A stretch of 58,706 bases of DNA, the filler included, from Dugesia japonica (lineage: Eukaryota), in assembly GCA_001938525.1 (NCBI GenBank). It is 5 parts of 5 records of this genome, joined end to end, with 100 filler letters (N's around TTAATTAATTAA, not from the genome) between each part and the next. Parts side by side here need not be neighbours in the genome. Positions count along the whole stretch, not along the records: positions 30,342 to 47,931 come from MQRL01629462.1; positions 48,032 to 58,706 come from MQRL01499040.1; 3 more parts are not named here. One strand, written 5' to 3'. This document shows, piece by piece, positions 39,645-50,098 of the stretch. Below the pieces are notes generated by a model. It did not search any database and was not told the DNA's origin. It saw nothing but the letters and a program-made list of their open reading frames with translations. Position 1 is the first letter of the stretch. Each line of letters starts with the position of its first letter. Both the position numbers and the translations under genes were made by a program.

Positions 39645-40016
39645 TAGTCAAATATGGTTTTGCATCTTTTCAATAGTTTGTTTATACCCTGCTAAACAGA
39701 ATTCTTACATTTTATTCCACTAACTTTAAGGTTGACTTCGTCCTTTGATTTTGACATCATTTTTGAAAGTTCACCCAATACATAAAGTTGTTGAATTGAT
39801 GTATTGCATTTGTTTTGAGTGATGGTAAATTTTTGCTTTATAATTTATTACACCCTGTACTGTTTTCATTCTAATTGCTCAAATTTGTCTAAGAATTGGC
39901 AAAGCAAATTAACCCAATGTTTGCAACCTTCCTGATCAATCCTGTTTTCCTATAAAGAATGATTATTCTCCAGCTTGTCCGATGCCATATAATGCTATTA
40001 TATCGGGATTAGACAT
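39644..40016 (-). pseudogene. Small Gly-rich core-like ORF between the minor and major capsid genes
   Basis: MSNPDIIALYGIGQAG..GRLQTLG*FALPILR; start abuts the penton stop and its stop overlaps the MCP ATG. Confidence 0.5.
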
Positions 40017-40082
40017 TTATTTTTCTAAAATTTAATGTTAAATAAGTTTTATCGTCTTGAGCAAAGTTGATTAAATCTCGAC

Positions 40083-42499
40083 AGTTAAGTTACTTTCCAA
40101 ATCAGACTTTATTTAAATATTTATTATAAATCAAAATTACACAATTTCTGATAATATTAAAACGAAGTGTTAATCATTGTAACTCTCCCTTTCTTCAAAA
40201 TGCTTTCCACTTCTTTAGCCATTCTATTCTTCTGTACTTTGAACGATGAGCAAATTTGATTTCTACTTGCCGATTGGATATGAACTTCATTATCTGATAT
40301 GGTCCTTAATATTGGAAATCATTCTTCTTTCTTTTGTGTGGTTCTACACGAACTAATATCCATTCCCCCACTTTGAAAATTCTCTGTCCACGCTTTTCAT
40401 TTTCAAAAATTGCCATTTTATTAGCTGCTTCATTTAAATTTTGTCTAACTGTCTCTAGACTATCTGTTTTGTTTTCAAAAATGGCATCCGTATTTGCATA
40501 CAACTTTACTCGCCTTCTTTTTTTCAGTGATCATATTCAGTTGTCGATAATCAACACACATTCTTATCAAACCATCTTTTTATCCAACAATTACGAAAGG
40601 TGAATTCCACGGACTTTTACATTTGCTAACTATCTCAATACTTATTAAGTTCCATATAATTTCGTCAATTTTCTTTTCCAAGTGCATTGGTTGTCTCCGG
40701 GGATATTGAACCATTGGATCTCCAAATCCTTTATTTCGTGTTTTGTTTGTTCTTGTTTTGTATGTTCTATATCAAACTTAGACTCCATGAATATTTCACC
40801 AAACTTCGAAATTAGATCATTTGGATCTTTGTTATTGGTTTCTTTAAGACATTTATGCGTAAGTCTTTCTATCATCGTTTGAGTGGTTTCTTCCCAAACA
40901 TTTAGTTTAAATGATATTAATTTCTGTCAGTTTTATTCTAAAACTTTTCATTGCATCTATCCCACCAATAAATTTTGGTCGTTTCTCTTTAACTATTATG
41001 ATTTTAATAACTCTCATTTTTTTATTCCATTTAACGCTCAGTTCTACACATCCTAACGGCTTCTCTCCACTGCTCGAAAATACCCAATTTAAAATGACAT
41101 TGCAACATAACAAAGATGGTTTTCCTACCTTTAACCAGTACTCTTTGCTCATATCTGTAATCGATGCTCCCGAATCCCACAACATTTCCAATTTTATTCC
41201 ATTCACGGCTCCTCTGCTCCACTTCCGTCTTCTTTTTCATACATCTCTCGTCTGTCTTCATTATTTCGATTTGAGTTATCCCTTCTTAAACTAACTCCAC
41301 TGACTAAATGTATACAACGGAGTTGTTGTGGCTTTTTTTGACATTATATTATGCATTTCAAAGCTTTCATCTTCGTCAGTTTGTACCTCTTGTTCCTCTT
41401 GGATGCATAGAATTTTAGTATTTCCGCTATTAAATCGACCTTGCACAAGAAAGCATTTCCGGAAATTGTGTCCTGCTTTCCCGCATATCAAACATTTATC
41501 TTTTAATTGACATTGATAACGCATATGTCCATGTTCTCCGCAACAATAATATTGTTCTTTTCGTAATCTTTCTTCTTGTGGTTCAGGTAATCCTCTGCAT
41601 CTGTTAAAATGACATCTTGAAATCTGTTTCATCGAAACTATTGGTTTTCTACTTAAATTCTGTGTTCTGTTCTCTGTAATCACCGGTTGTGACATCCTCT
41701 CATTGTATTTTCTCTGATACGTTGACATTTTTGTGCTTGGATTTTTATATCTTAAATTACGATTGGTTATAAAATTAATTGACGGCTGGTTTTGAACTCG
41801 TCTCTCATGACTACTTCGGTCTCCTTTTTACCCATTTGAATAACTCTTTCTCTGTATTGCGTAAATATCCTCATTTCCAGAGATCTCATCTCAGCAACTT
41901 TCATTTCTGGTCTTGTTGTAAGCGTCTCTCGCAAATTTTAATTCTGACTTTCTTTGTCAGAAAATTATTTACAATTTCGTCATTACATAACCCTGAATTC
42001 AATACACAGTTAACTTAATTTCTTAATCGTATCTCGAACGTTGCAAATCTCTCTTCTGATTCTTGTTTAAGGGTTGCAAGCTCCCTTATAATTTCCGTGA
42101 TAGATTTCTTTATTGTAAAAGTGTCTACAAACCACTTTTTTGCATCTTCTTTCGTAATTCTGTCCCATAAAACTCCGGCTTCCTCTGATAACAAGAGATC
42201 GAAAATTCCCACCAAACTTAAATCATTCACAATGCGCTATTCGTCTATTTTTTCAGCCATGATGTAGCTTTTTAAGTATCCTTGCCATCATATTTTTTTA
42301 TATTAAAATTGATCAGCTTCTGAGTCTTATTAGGCAAGGCTTCTAAAATTAATTTTCGTTGTTGGCGTGTAAATACATTAACATTTTTGGCGTGGTTGCC
42401 AGTTAAGTTACTTTCCAAATCAGACTTCCTTTAAATATTTATTAATCAAAATTACACAATTTCTGATAATATTAAAACAAAGTGTTAATCATTGTAACT
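40083..42499 (-). mobile_element. Internally deleted Ty3/gypsy LTR retrotransposon with about 100-bp LTRs (40083-40184, 42401-42499)
   Basis: LTRs end AGTTA..TAACT; PBS TGGCAACCACG overlaps the 5' LTR by 1 nt; PPT GAAGAAAGGGAG; gag with two CCHC knuckles, protease LWDSGAS, RT start fused to the integrase C-terminal GPY region. Confidence 0.9.
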
Positions 42500-43369
42500 T
42501 CCCTAAAGTCTCTTATATTGATTTCTATATTGTTTATACAATTAGTTGATGCATGAAATTTTTGACTATTTGTTAATTATCTTCATAACTCTCCAACCAT
42601 ACTGATTTCAACAAAGAAACATTTGCATCACTAACAATTATAGGTTCAACAATATTACTATAGATGAACATTTGATGAGAGTTGGTGATTATTTTCGGGT
42701 TCCTAACACCTTGGTCGGGATAAGGTATATTTATATTACTTTGAATATATTTGTTTATCTAATCCCAATGTTTTTATCAGGATTCTGTCAAAGGTGAATA
42801 TTTTAACATGTGTTTGCAGAAAAAAACTAAATACTTTATTTTTCTTTAAATTAAATGATTTAAATATATTTCTAAAACCATGTTTTATGTATTCATATAA
42901 TTCTTGCAAATTTGTAATGTATAAATCATCAGAAAACTATACTTTATTTTAATATGTACTGTTTCTCTTGTAAAGTAATCTTTAAAGTCTAGAAAAGGAA
43001 TAATACCCCCACTTTTCATACCGTTGTGTAAACTAATGAATCAAATTCTATTTACATCTTCTAAAGCTTTAAATTCGATATCATAATCATGATATTTTCC
43101 TATTACTAAAAAGGTCACCCCATTAATTACATCAATATCATAGTTTTCAATGCAAATCACATGATTTATTAGCTAAAACATTTATTAAAAGCAATTCTAG
43201 GCAGTAAGAACTAGAATATATATCAGATTTCATTTCAGTCAATAGTAATATTGCCTTTGAAGGATTTTTGTCTAAACTGGCTGCTAAGAATGGTATACTA
43301 ATGTTTTCAATATTTAAACTTGAATTCACGCGCAATAGTTTGAAGTTTCATAATCTTCAATTACCTAAG

Positions 43370-43720
43370 CAGCCATCAGACGTTATGAAATCGATTCATA
43401 AAATATAATGAAATCATTGAACAACAAAATTTATCAAAAATTGTCTGTATGATATCTGAGAAAAAAATTTAGTTTATCCATAGATGAATGGTATAGTTTT
43501 AAAAATCGGCGATATGTGAACATTTAAATTTATTTTTGTAATGTAACCTCGAGTTAATTAAGATGAAAGTTTTTATCCACAGAGAGTGAATACGAATTAG
43601 TAAATATAAAACTTCTATCATTCGAAATTAGTTTTAAAAAAGATATTGTCTCCGTAATAAGCGATGGGCCCTGCATATCACCAACTTTGCTACAATCATA
43701 CTATTCATTACATATGTAAC
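43370..43720 (+). mobile_element. hAT transposase fragment inside the penton gene
   Basis: KFSLSIDEWYSFKNRRYVNI..DIVSVISDG. Confidence 0.65.
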
Positions 43721-44477
43721 ATGTTAAAATACTGTTAAATATTTTTAAGATTTTTATATTTTTTTCATGTCCCCTTTTACAATTTAATTTTATACTACTT
43801 TTCATATTTTTATTTTATATTCTATAGTATTTCTACATATATATTTTTTATGTCTTTCAAAAGTTATTAGCCCATAATATATTATAGTAGTTTTGTTTCT
43901 TTTGATTTTTATTCTTTCGTTTTATGTTGTAAAGAAATCAATTCAATATATTGAAAAATATATCTATACTCGAGATTATCGAAAATTCTAGAGAATTACA
44001 TACATTGTTTCAATTACAGATTTGTTTGAATTCTATACCATTACATTACCTTCTCCGACATTTACAGTCACACGGAGCAAATCCATCGAGGTCCATTAGC
44101 ATCCAATTGAATCCGTTCATAATTGAACTTATCGATCAGCTTGTGTAATTTTAACTAAACTAAGCTCGAGAAATCACAACCTCTAATCAACAGCAATATC
44201 AGTACCAAAACATCTTCTATTTTTATTTTCAACAAAAACAATAATATCCCTCGTTTCTGTTTTTCAAGTTTTAATTTGAATCGTTGCATCTCTATAGATT
44301 GGAAATGTATTATTTATAAAAGCAAAGTCCATCAAAGCTACTTTCCAACTACCATTCAAGTAAATGGGGTTATCAAGTTCAACTATAAATTTACTGGCTT
44401 TATTATCCGGATGAATACGTGTACAAATACTACTAAGTAAAATTGTATAGCAATTATTCGTATTGATCATTTGTTAA

Positions 44478-45210
44478 CTAATTAGGACGCAGATATCCAA
44501 GTAGATTTTTCGTAACCATGACATTTTACATATATTTATATTAACCAGCTCCCTTTGACTTTATAATCTTTTCTATTCTAAATAATGATGCTTGCGGAAT
44601 AACTTGTAATTCTTGTTCAAAAAACCTTCCAACAATAATATTTTCTTCAGGATCTTTAATCACATACAGAACTTGGTTCTTCTTGGTATTGATTTTCGAT
44701 ATTTGAAACACTTCATTATTCCAATGATTATTTAAATTTTTGATGAATGGAGATTCTTACATGATCGCCAACGTTTTATTTAGGTTTTGTAATTGCTTTA
44801 GGTTTTTGTTTCAATAACCATAACTTCATTGAATTTTTAGATGATGCATCAACTGGTCTTGCTCCATTTAATATTTTGTATGATTATAACTGTCGATTAT
44901 TTTCGGTAATACATGAATCCAGATTTAGTTACCAGTTTGTACAAAGTACGTTTTCATAGCAACTCTCAATGTTCGATTAAATCTTTCAACATATGCTGCG
45001 TTGTATTGTGAAAATACAGAATAGTGGTTAATTTTAAGATAAATAATAATATACTTGACTTTTGAATTATAAAATTCTTTTCCTAAATCAGTTTGTAAAT
45101 TATCTGGATGATCATCTTTAAACATTGTTTTGATTGCAGCTTCCATTTCATTAGACGACATGTACTAAATACGTCGATAAATGTTAAAATATACTTGTAA
45201 CTTTTTTTGG
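44478..45210 (-). pseudogene. Retroviral-like (rve) integrase with C-terminal chromodomain, Polinton/Maverick type
   Basis: YKYILTFIDVFS, LQTDLGKEFYN, AAYVERFNRTL (DDE), then WNNEVFQI..GRFFEQELQ..FRIEKII. Confidence 0.88.
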
Positions 45211-45214
45211 TTCT

Positions 45215-45814
45215 TGAATATGGGAGTATTTCCACCAAATCCATCATCAATCCCATATGTTTTTTACGGTCTTTTTGAGAATCTTTTCAATATTGGTTTG
45301 TTCAGACTGTATTCTAACTGGTTCGATAACCACTTTATCTTGGTTAAGATTTACAATTCCTTGAATAACATTTACAACATTCTCTAATAAATCATTAGTA
45401 ACAAACTTTGGAAATTACTGTAGCATCTTTATTGTACACTCTTGTGGAGCCTTAAATAATAATTTTTAATGAAAAGACTTTGTTGAAGTGCCATAATATT
45501 TATTAATTAACACATGCTTAGATTGTTTATAGCTTAAACCATTTACCAGTTGGTGGAATCTTTTAATTCTTCTTTGGTTTTTTCTTGCTAATATTCTTTG
45601 TTTGCTCCTTCCTTTTTTCTTGTTTGCAAACTTTTATTGCTTCCTTGATTGCCTCTTTATCGATTTATTTATTTATTGTTCTCTTTATCAACTTCTTTAT
45701 CAAATTGATATCATTGGTGAGAGTATAATCCTTATAATCAGTTTGATCAGTCATGTGCTTGTTAATCTGTTTAATTGTATGAGGATCTACTAAAACTTTA
45801 GAAAATTTAGACAT
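45215..45814 (-). pseudogene. Two small Maverick-type ORFs between ATPase and integrase (45527-45814; 45215-45494)
   Basis: MSKFSKVLVDP..KIPPTGKWFKL* and ..LFKAPQECTIKML..DLLENVVNVIQGIVNL; tandem, closely packed, with stops. Confidence 0.45.
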
Positions 45815-45837
45815 ATGTAAAAAATATCAACTTTTTT

Positions 45838-46080
45838 TTATAGTATATAAACTGTAACACCATTTGGATTGAAAATATTAGTTCGAGTTCTAAGATCATC
45901 GAGACATTGTTATGTAAAATCCAGAAAAGTATCCATTAGAAATTGCTGTTGCATCTTTAAATGAATCCAATAGAAATTGTCGATTAATTAAACACGATTG
46001 TCTTGCTAGAAAATCAACAACAGTTTGATCTATTGGATTTTTAAATATCATCGAATATTGAACATTTAAATTAAGTGAAA
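45838..46080 (-). pseudogene. Packaging ATPase C-terminal part
   Basis: LNLNVQYSMIFKNPIDQTVVDFLARQ..FLLDSFKDAT..NGY..DDLRTRTNIF; overlaps and continues the copy-1 ATPase motif NLNVQYLVIF. Confidence 0.85.
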
Positions 46081-46119
46081 CCAAGCATTGTAAAATTTTC
46101 AAAAATAAGATTATGTTAT

Positions 46120-46845
46120 CTTTTTAGAAAAAAAGAAGGAATTATTGAAAGAAATAGAACTTAATTAAACAAGATGTTGGAATTAAAGACGATGATGAAT
46201 TCATAATATCTTTTTAATATGGCATGGAAGATTTATTATTCCAAAAATTATTTCAGAGACGTAAAGTCAAAAAATGTAAAATTGATGTTGCTGATAATTT
46301 AACTAATTTATTCAACCTCGAACCATATATTGGTCAATGGAGAAAATATCAAACACTGAATGTTCCTTTATCGACGTAAATTAAAATAAACATTACAATT
46401 TGGTCTACAAGCTCTTATTCAGATCAAATTTCTAGATAGTCTTGAGATTATCAGAAGATTAGAATATTTATATTAACTGAAATTTAATCCAGATTCGTTG
46501 GAAAAAATGACATTTTTAATGGATAATTTAGTTAAATTTCATAAATCTGATATTTTAACAGTTGAAAATGAGTTTCGTGTGAATGAAAAAGAACCATTAA
46601 TCAAAGATTACAATAATGTTTTAGGTTACTCAAACCCTGAATAGATAAATCAAGTTCAAATGAGTATTAAGCTAAAAGCATAAGCATTTGCATTAAGACC
46701 ACAACATGAATGCAAAATGGAAAGAGATCCAAACACTTTAAGTAATTTTGTTGCTTTAATAATCTGTTTTAATATTATAATTTTTAGTTACCAAATGTTA
46801 TACAGAACAATCATGGGAACAAAGAATAATATAAGATGGAATTTA
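46120..46845 (+). pseudogene. ORF-X second copy with a 46-nt intron (46742-46787)
   Basis: Nucleotide and peptide homology to 3073-3803. Confidence 0.6.
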
Positions 46846-46939
46846 ATGAACTTTACTGTTTTTTACATTTTTTGATTTATAAAATGTAATATAACAAAGA
46901 AAAAATTAATAAGATAAGTCGTTTTATTATACTAATATT

Positions 46940-47377
46940 TAATAAATAAATTTGTATTCATTCTTTTGAATTGATTTGATTTTCGATATTGTTTTTTAAT
47001 ATCTTCTAATTTCTTGTAACCAATAATTTAGGGTGTAAGCATTTATTTAGTTTCTTGAACATTATCTTCCTTTGATTTAATAAATGTTGCATCTTCAATT
47101 ATCATGGGCTCATTGGTTATAAGGAATAGCTTATTAAGAGTATTTTGGTCATGATCGCTGACTTCAGGTACGAATAAATCTTAAAGACAAGGCTTCACTG
47201 TTACAAGGTTCTTAAAAGTATTAATTAAGTAATTAGCAAATCAAATAGTACTTGAAAAGCATAATGAATTGATCTCCTAAAGAAAACCATCTCATATTTG
47301 TAGTGATTTGTTGGTTTTTCGCACTTAAATACTAGGGTAGATGCATTTTCCTTGGTAAGAGTTTCTATCATACTCAT
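46940..47377 (-). pseudogene. ORF-Y: orphan gene of the element
   Basis: MSMIETLTKENASTLVFKCEKPT..; 3' part homologous to 3910-4050; TATATAAA about 35 nt upstream of the ATG. Confidence 0.45.
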
Positions 47378-47547
47378 TTGAAATAATGATTAATGAATTA
47401 AAATATTTGTTTATATAGGTTTTTAAAATAGGTGTGTATAATTAAATGTTATNGAAACAGTAAATCAATTGATTCTAGAACATTCTAATTGAAATTAAAA
47501 TAATTAATTTAATTTAAATAAATTAATCTATTTATAATTAATATTTC

Positions 47548-47931
47548 ATGGACTTACCATTGTTAAAGTTATTTAAATTTTATGATTGTAATCGTTGTTC
47601 ACTTTTCAAATGTTACCCATAAAAGAATAATTTACTATTAAAAAAATGAATTATTATGGGAATTTTTGAAAGAACATCATTGGAATATTTTAGGTAAAGT
47701 ATTTTTAAATTATTATTAACAATGTTATTTTTAGATATTGTAAAGGAAATACTAGAAGATAAAATTCAAGAATTTAAAGAAAAATCAAAATTTTGGACAG
47801 AAGAAGAATATTGGAAGAATGTGAGTAATCTAACCAATTTGGATATAGAAGAAAATCTATTAAAGTTTTATAGTGAGATAAATAATAGATATGATTGTTA
47901 CTTTTGTTGTTATGATGTACTTAAAAGCATA
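47548..47931 (+). pseudogene. ORF-Z: Cys-cluster orphan gene with a 41-nt intron (47694-47734), runs into a gap
   Basis: MDLPLLKLFKFYDCNRCSLFKC..WEFLKEHHWNIL|DIVKEILEDK..YDCYFCCYD. Confidence 0.45.
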
Positions 47932-48119
47932 NNNNNNNNNNNNNNNNNNNNNNNNNNNNNNNNNNNNNNNNNNNNTTAATTAATTAANNNNNNNNNNNNN
48001 NNNNNNNNNNNNNNNNNNNNNNNNNNNNNNNTTTTTAAGAAAAGACTTGTAATAATCAATAAACAATTTATGGAGACTTTTGAGACTTTAAATTTAACTA
48101 ATACAGATCATAAATCTTT

Positions 48120-48600
48120 ATGAAGTATAAAAACGACTTATTAAGGCTGATTAGATGGATACTCAAATTGCAACCATATGATATCGAAATAATATACTGT
48201 AAGGTTAAAGAAAACTCTAATGGAGATGCATTATCTCGTATGGAACAAATGATGAACCTGAGGATACAAAAGAAGAAAGACTAGAAGGGAAAATATTTAC
48301 GGTTTCTAAACAGGCTAACAATCAGTCGGTAGTAACTAATGCTCAAGTAGAAGATGAGGAAATAAACAACAAATAAGATCAACAATAATTTGAGACTGGA
48401 ATCATACCAACGGAATTCAATAAATTTTGTGACAAAAAAATCAAGGAAAATTCATATTAGAAGATGGATTTGTAAAATATCAAGAATCAGNAGATAATGT
48501 AATAATGGTAACTGCTCAGAGAAACATTAATGTTACCATATCATGACGGTCAACTAGAAGGACACTTATCGGCCAAGAAAACAATGTCAGTTTAGGCAAG
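48120..48600 (+). mobile_element. Ty3/gypsy RNase H-integrase junction remnant
   Basis: RLIRWILKLQPYDIEIIY..NSNGDALSR..YHDGQLEGHLSAKKT. Confidence 0.8.
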
Positions 48601-49036
48601 TCCTACACTTGTATCCAGCAAATTGGCGATAAATTTCCTTTGCGCACTTTTTTGAGTCTTACTAAATATTGATAAACGTGGTAACATTTTTTATTTTTAC
48701 CGAGGTATTCGTACAAACAATAAACATTTTCCCATGTTATAATCGATAATTTTCATGTTATTATCCAAATTGTCTGTTTCTTTTTTATGAGATTACTAAA
48801 TAATATTGAATATTACCTCAGTCACTTACATGTTTAAATTTAAATGTTTAATCCGTATTCATTTCTTTTTTATTATAAACTATTTTCGTAAATAATGGCA
48901 CTTTAGTTGCAAAATCATTAATAATTGATATTTTAATTAAATTTCTAAAATCAACACTAGATAATTCTCATTCATTAAATCATTCCAAAACATTGTTAAT
49001 CGAATATGAAAATATATCATAAGATTCAAATCAATT

Positions 49037-49287
49037 CAGTAGTGTAGCAAGGGGAAGAAGGTTTGTCATGATCCGGGGACCACTCACAGAAGGATGTCAA
49101 ATGGTACCCAAGACAAACAAGATTTTATTAGTTGAAAAAAAAATTTAATAATTTTTTTTCGCAAGGAGTTTGTGACCGATAAAATTTTGAAACCACTGCT
49201 ACATATTATATAACCATGTTTTTTGGGGGGTGAGATCACCAAAAATGTATTGTGCTCTGGGAGCGGGTTATTCTTGCTACGCCACTT
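49037..49287. mobile_element. Non-autonomous hAT MITE
   Basis: TIRs CAGTAGTGTAGCAAG..CTTGCTACGCCACTT; 8-bp TSD AATCAATT/AACCAATT (one mismatch). Confidence 0.75.
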
Positions 49288-49399
49288 AACCAATTTTCAT
49301 TTAAATCCATATAAAGTTCAAAAACATAATCAATTCATTCTTTTTTATTAATTTAAAACACAAAACCTTTCTTTTAACAACAATCATATTTGGATTTCA

Positions 49400-50098
49400 C
49401 TTAAATTGATGAAAATTAATTTAATGCAAAGAATCAATGTCTGCAATATGCTTTTAAGATGTAATCAGACCAATCCGTTTTTGAAGAAACTTAAAACTGG
49501 TGATAAAAAAATGAATTGTATACAATAATGTTAAACACGGTGGTCCAAGCCTGGTGAGCCACCTGAAGCAACACCAAAAATTGAAACTCATCAGAAAATG
49601 ATCACTTTGTCAATATAGTGGGAATATAAAGAAATTGTATATTTTGAACTTTACCAGTTAATACTGCAATCGACTCGAATGTGTACTGTCAACAATTAAA
49701 CAAATCAATGGATTCCTTGAATCAGAAACGTCCAAAATTAGTTAATCTTGGTGTTGTTTTCCATCATGACATATATTTGTAGACTCAACAAAAATTACTA
49801 GAACTTGAATGGGATATGGCACCATCAGATTACTATCTGTTTGGATCTCTACAAAACTCTTTGGCTTGAAAAACCTTAATCTAAAATGACAATATCAAAA
49901 TATATATGGAAGCATTTGTTGCTGAACAAAATCAGAAATTTTAAGAAAAAAGAATCATGATATTGATAGAGAGATGGCAATCAATCGTCGATAATAATAG
50001 CCAATATGTTTTAGAATAAAGATTTTCTCACTGTTTAAAAATTGTTTATTTTTATTATATAGTACAAAAACCAATATAACTTTTCTGACAACCTAATA
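49400..50098 (+). mobile_element. mariner transposon remnant
   Basis: PFLKKLKTGDKK*IVYNN..WSKPGE..VFHHD..MAPSDYYLF; terminus AACTTTTCTGACAACCTAA-TA. Confidence 0.85.

Larger units (their letters stand above)
40017..44470 (-). pseudogene. Polinton/Maverick minor capsid (penton) protein, split by LTR and hAT insertions
   Basis: N-terminus CYTILLSS..HPDNKASKFIVELDNPIYLNGSWKVALMD; C-terminus MFIYSNIVEPIIVSDANVSLLK..IEINIRD | DLINF..TYLTLNFRK* on either side of the LTR element. Confidence 0.8.
38300..48105. mobile_element. Polinton/Maverick-like element, degenerate copy 2 with nested insertions
   Basis: Co-oriented, tightly abutting ATPase C-half, two small ORFs, integrase, minor capsid, small core-like ORF and major capsid on the minus strand, then ORF-X/Y/Z. 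Confidence 0.85.
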
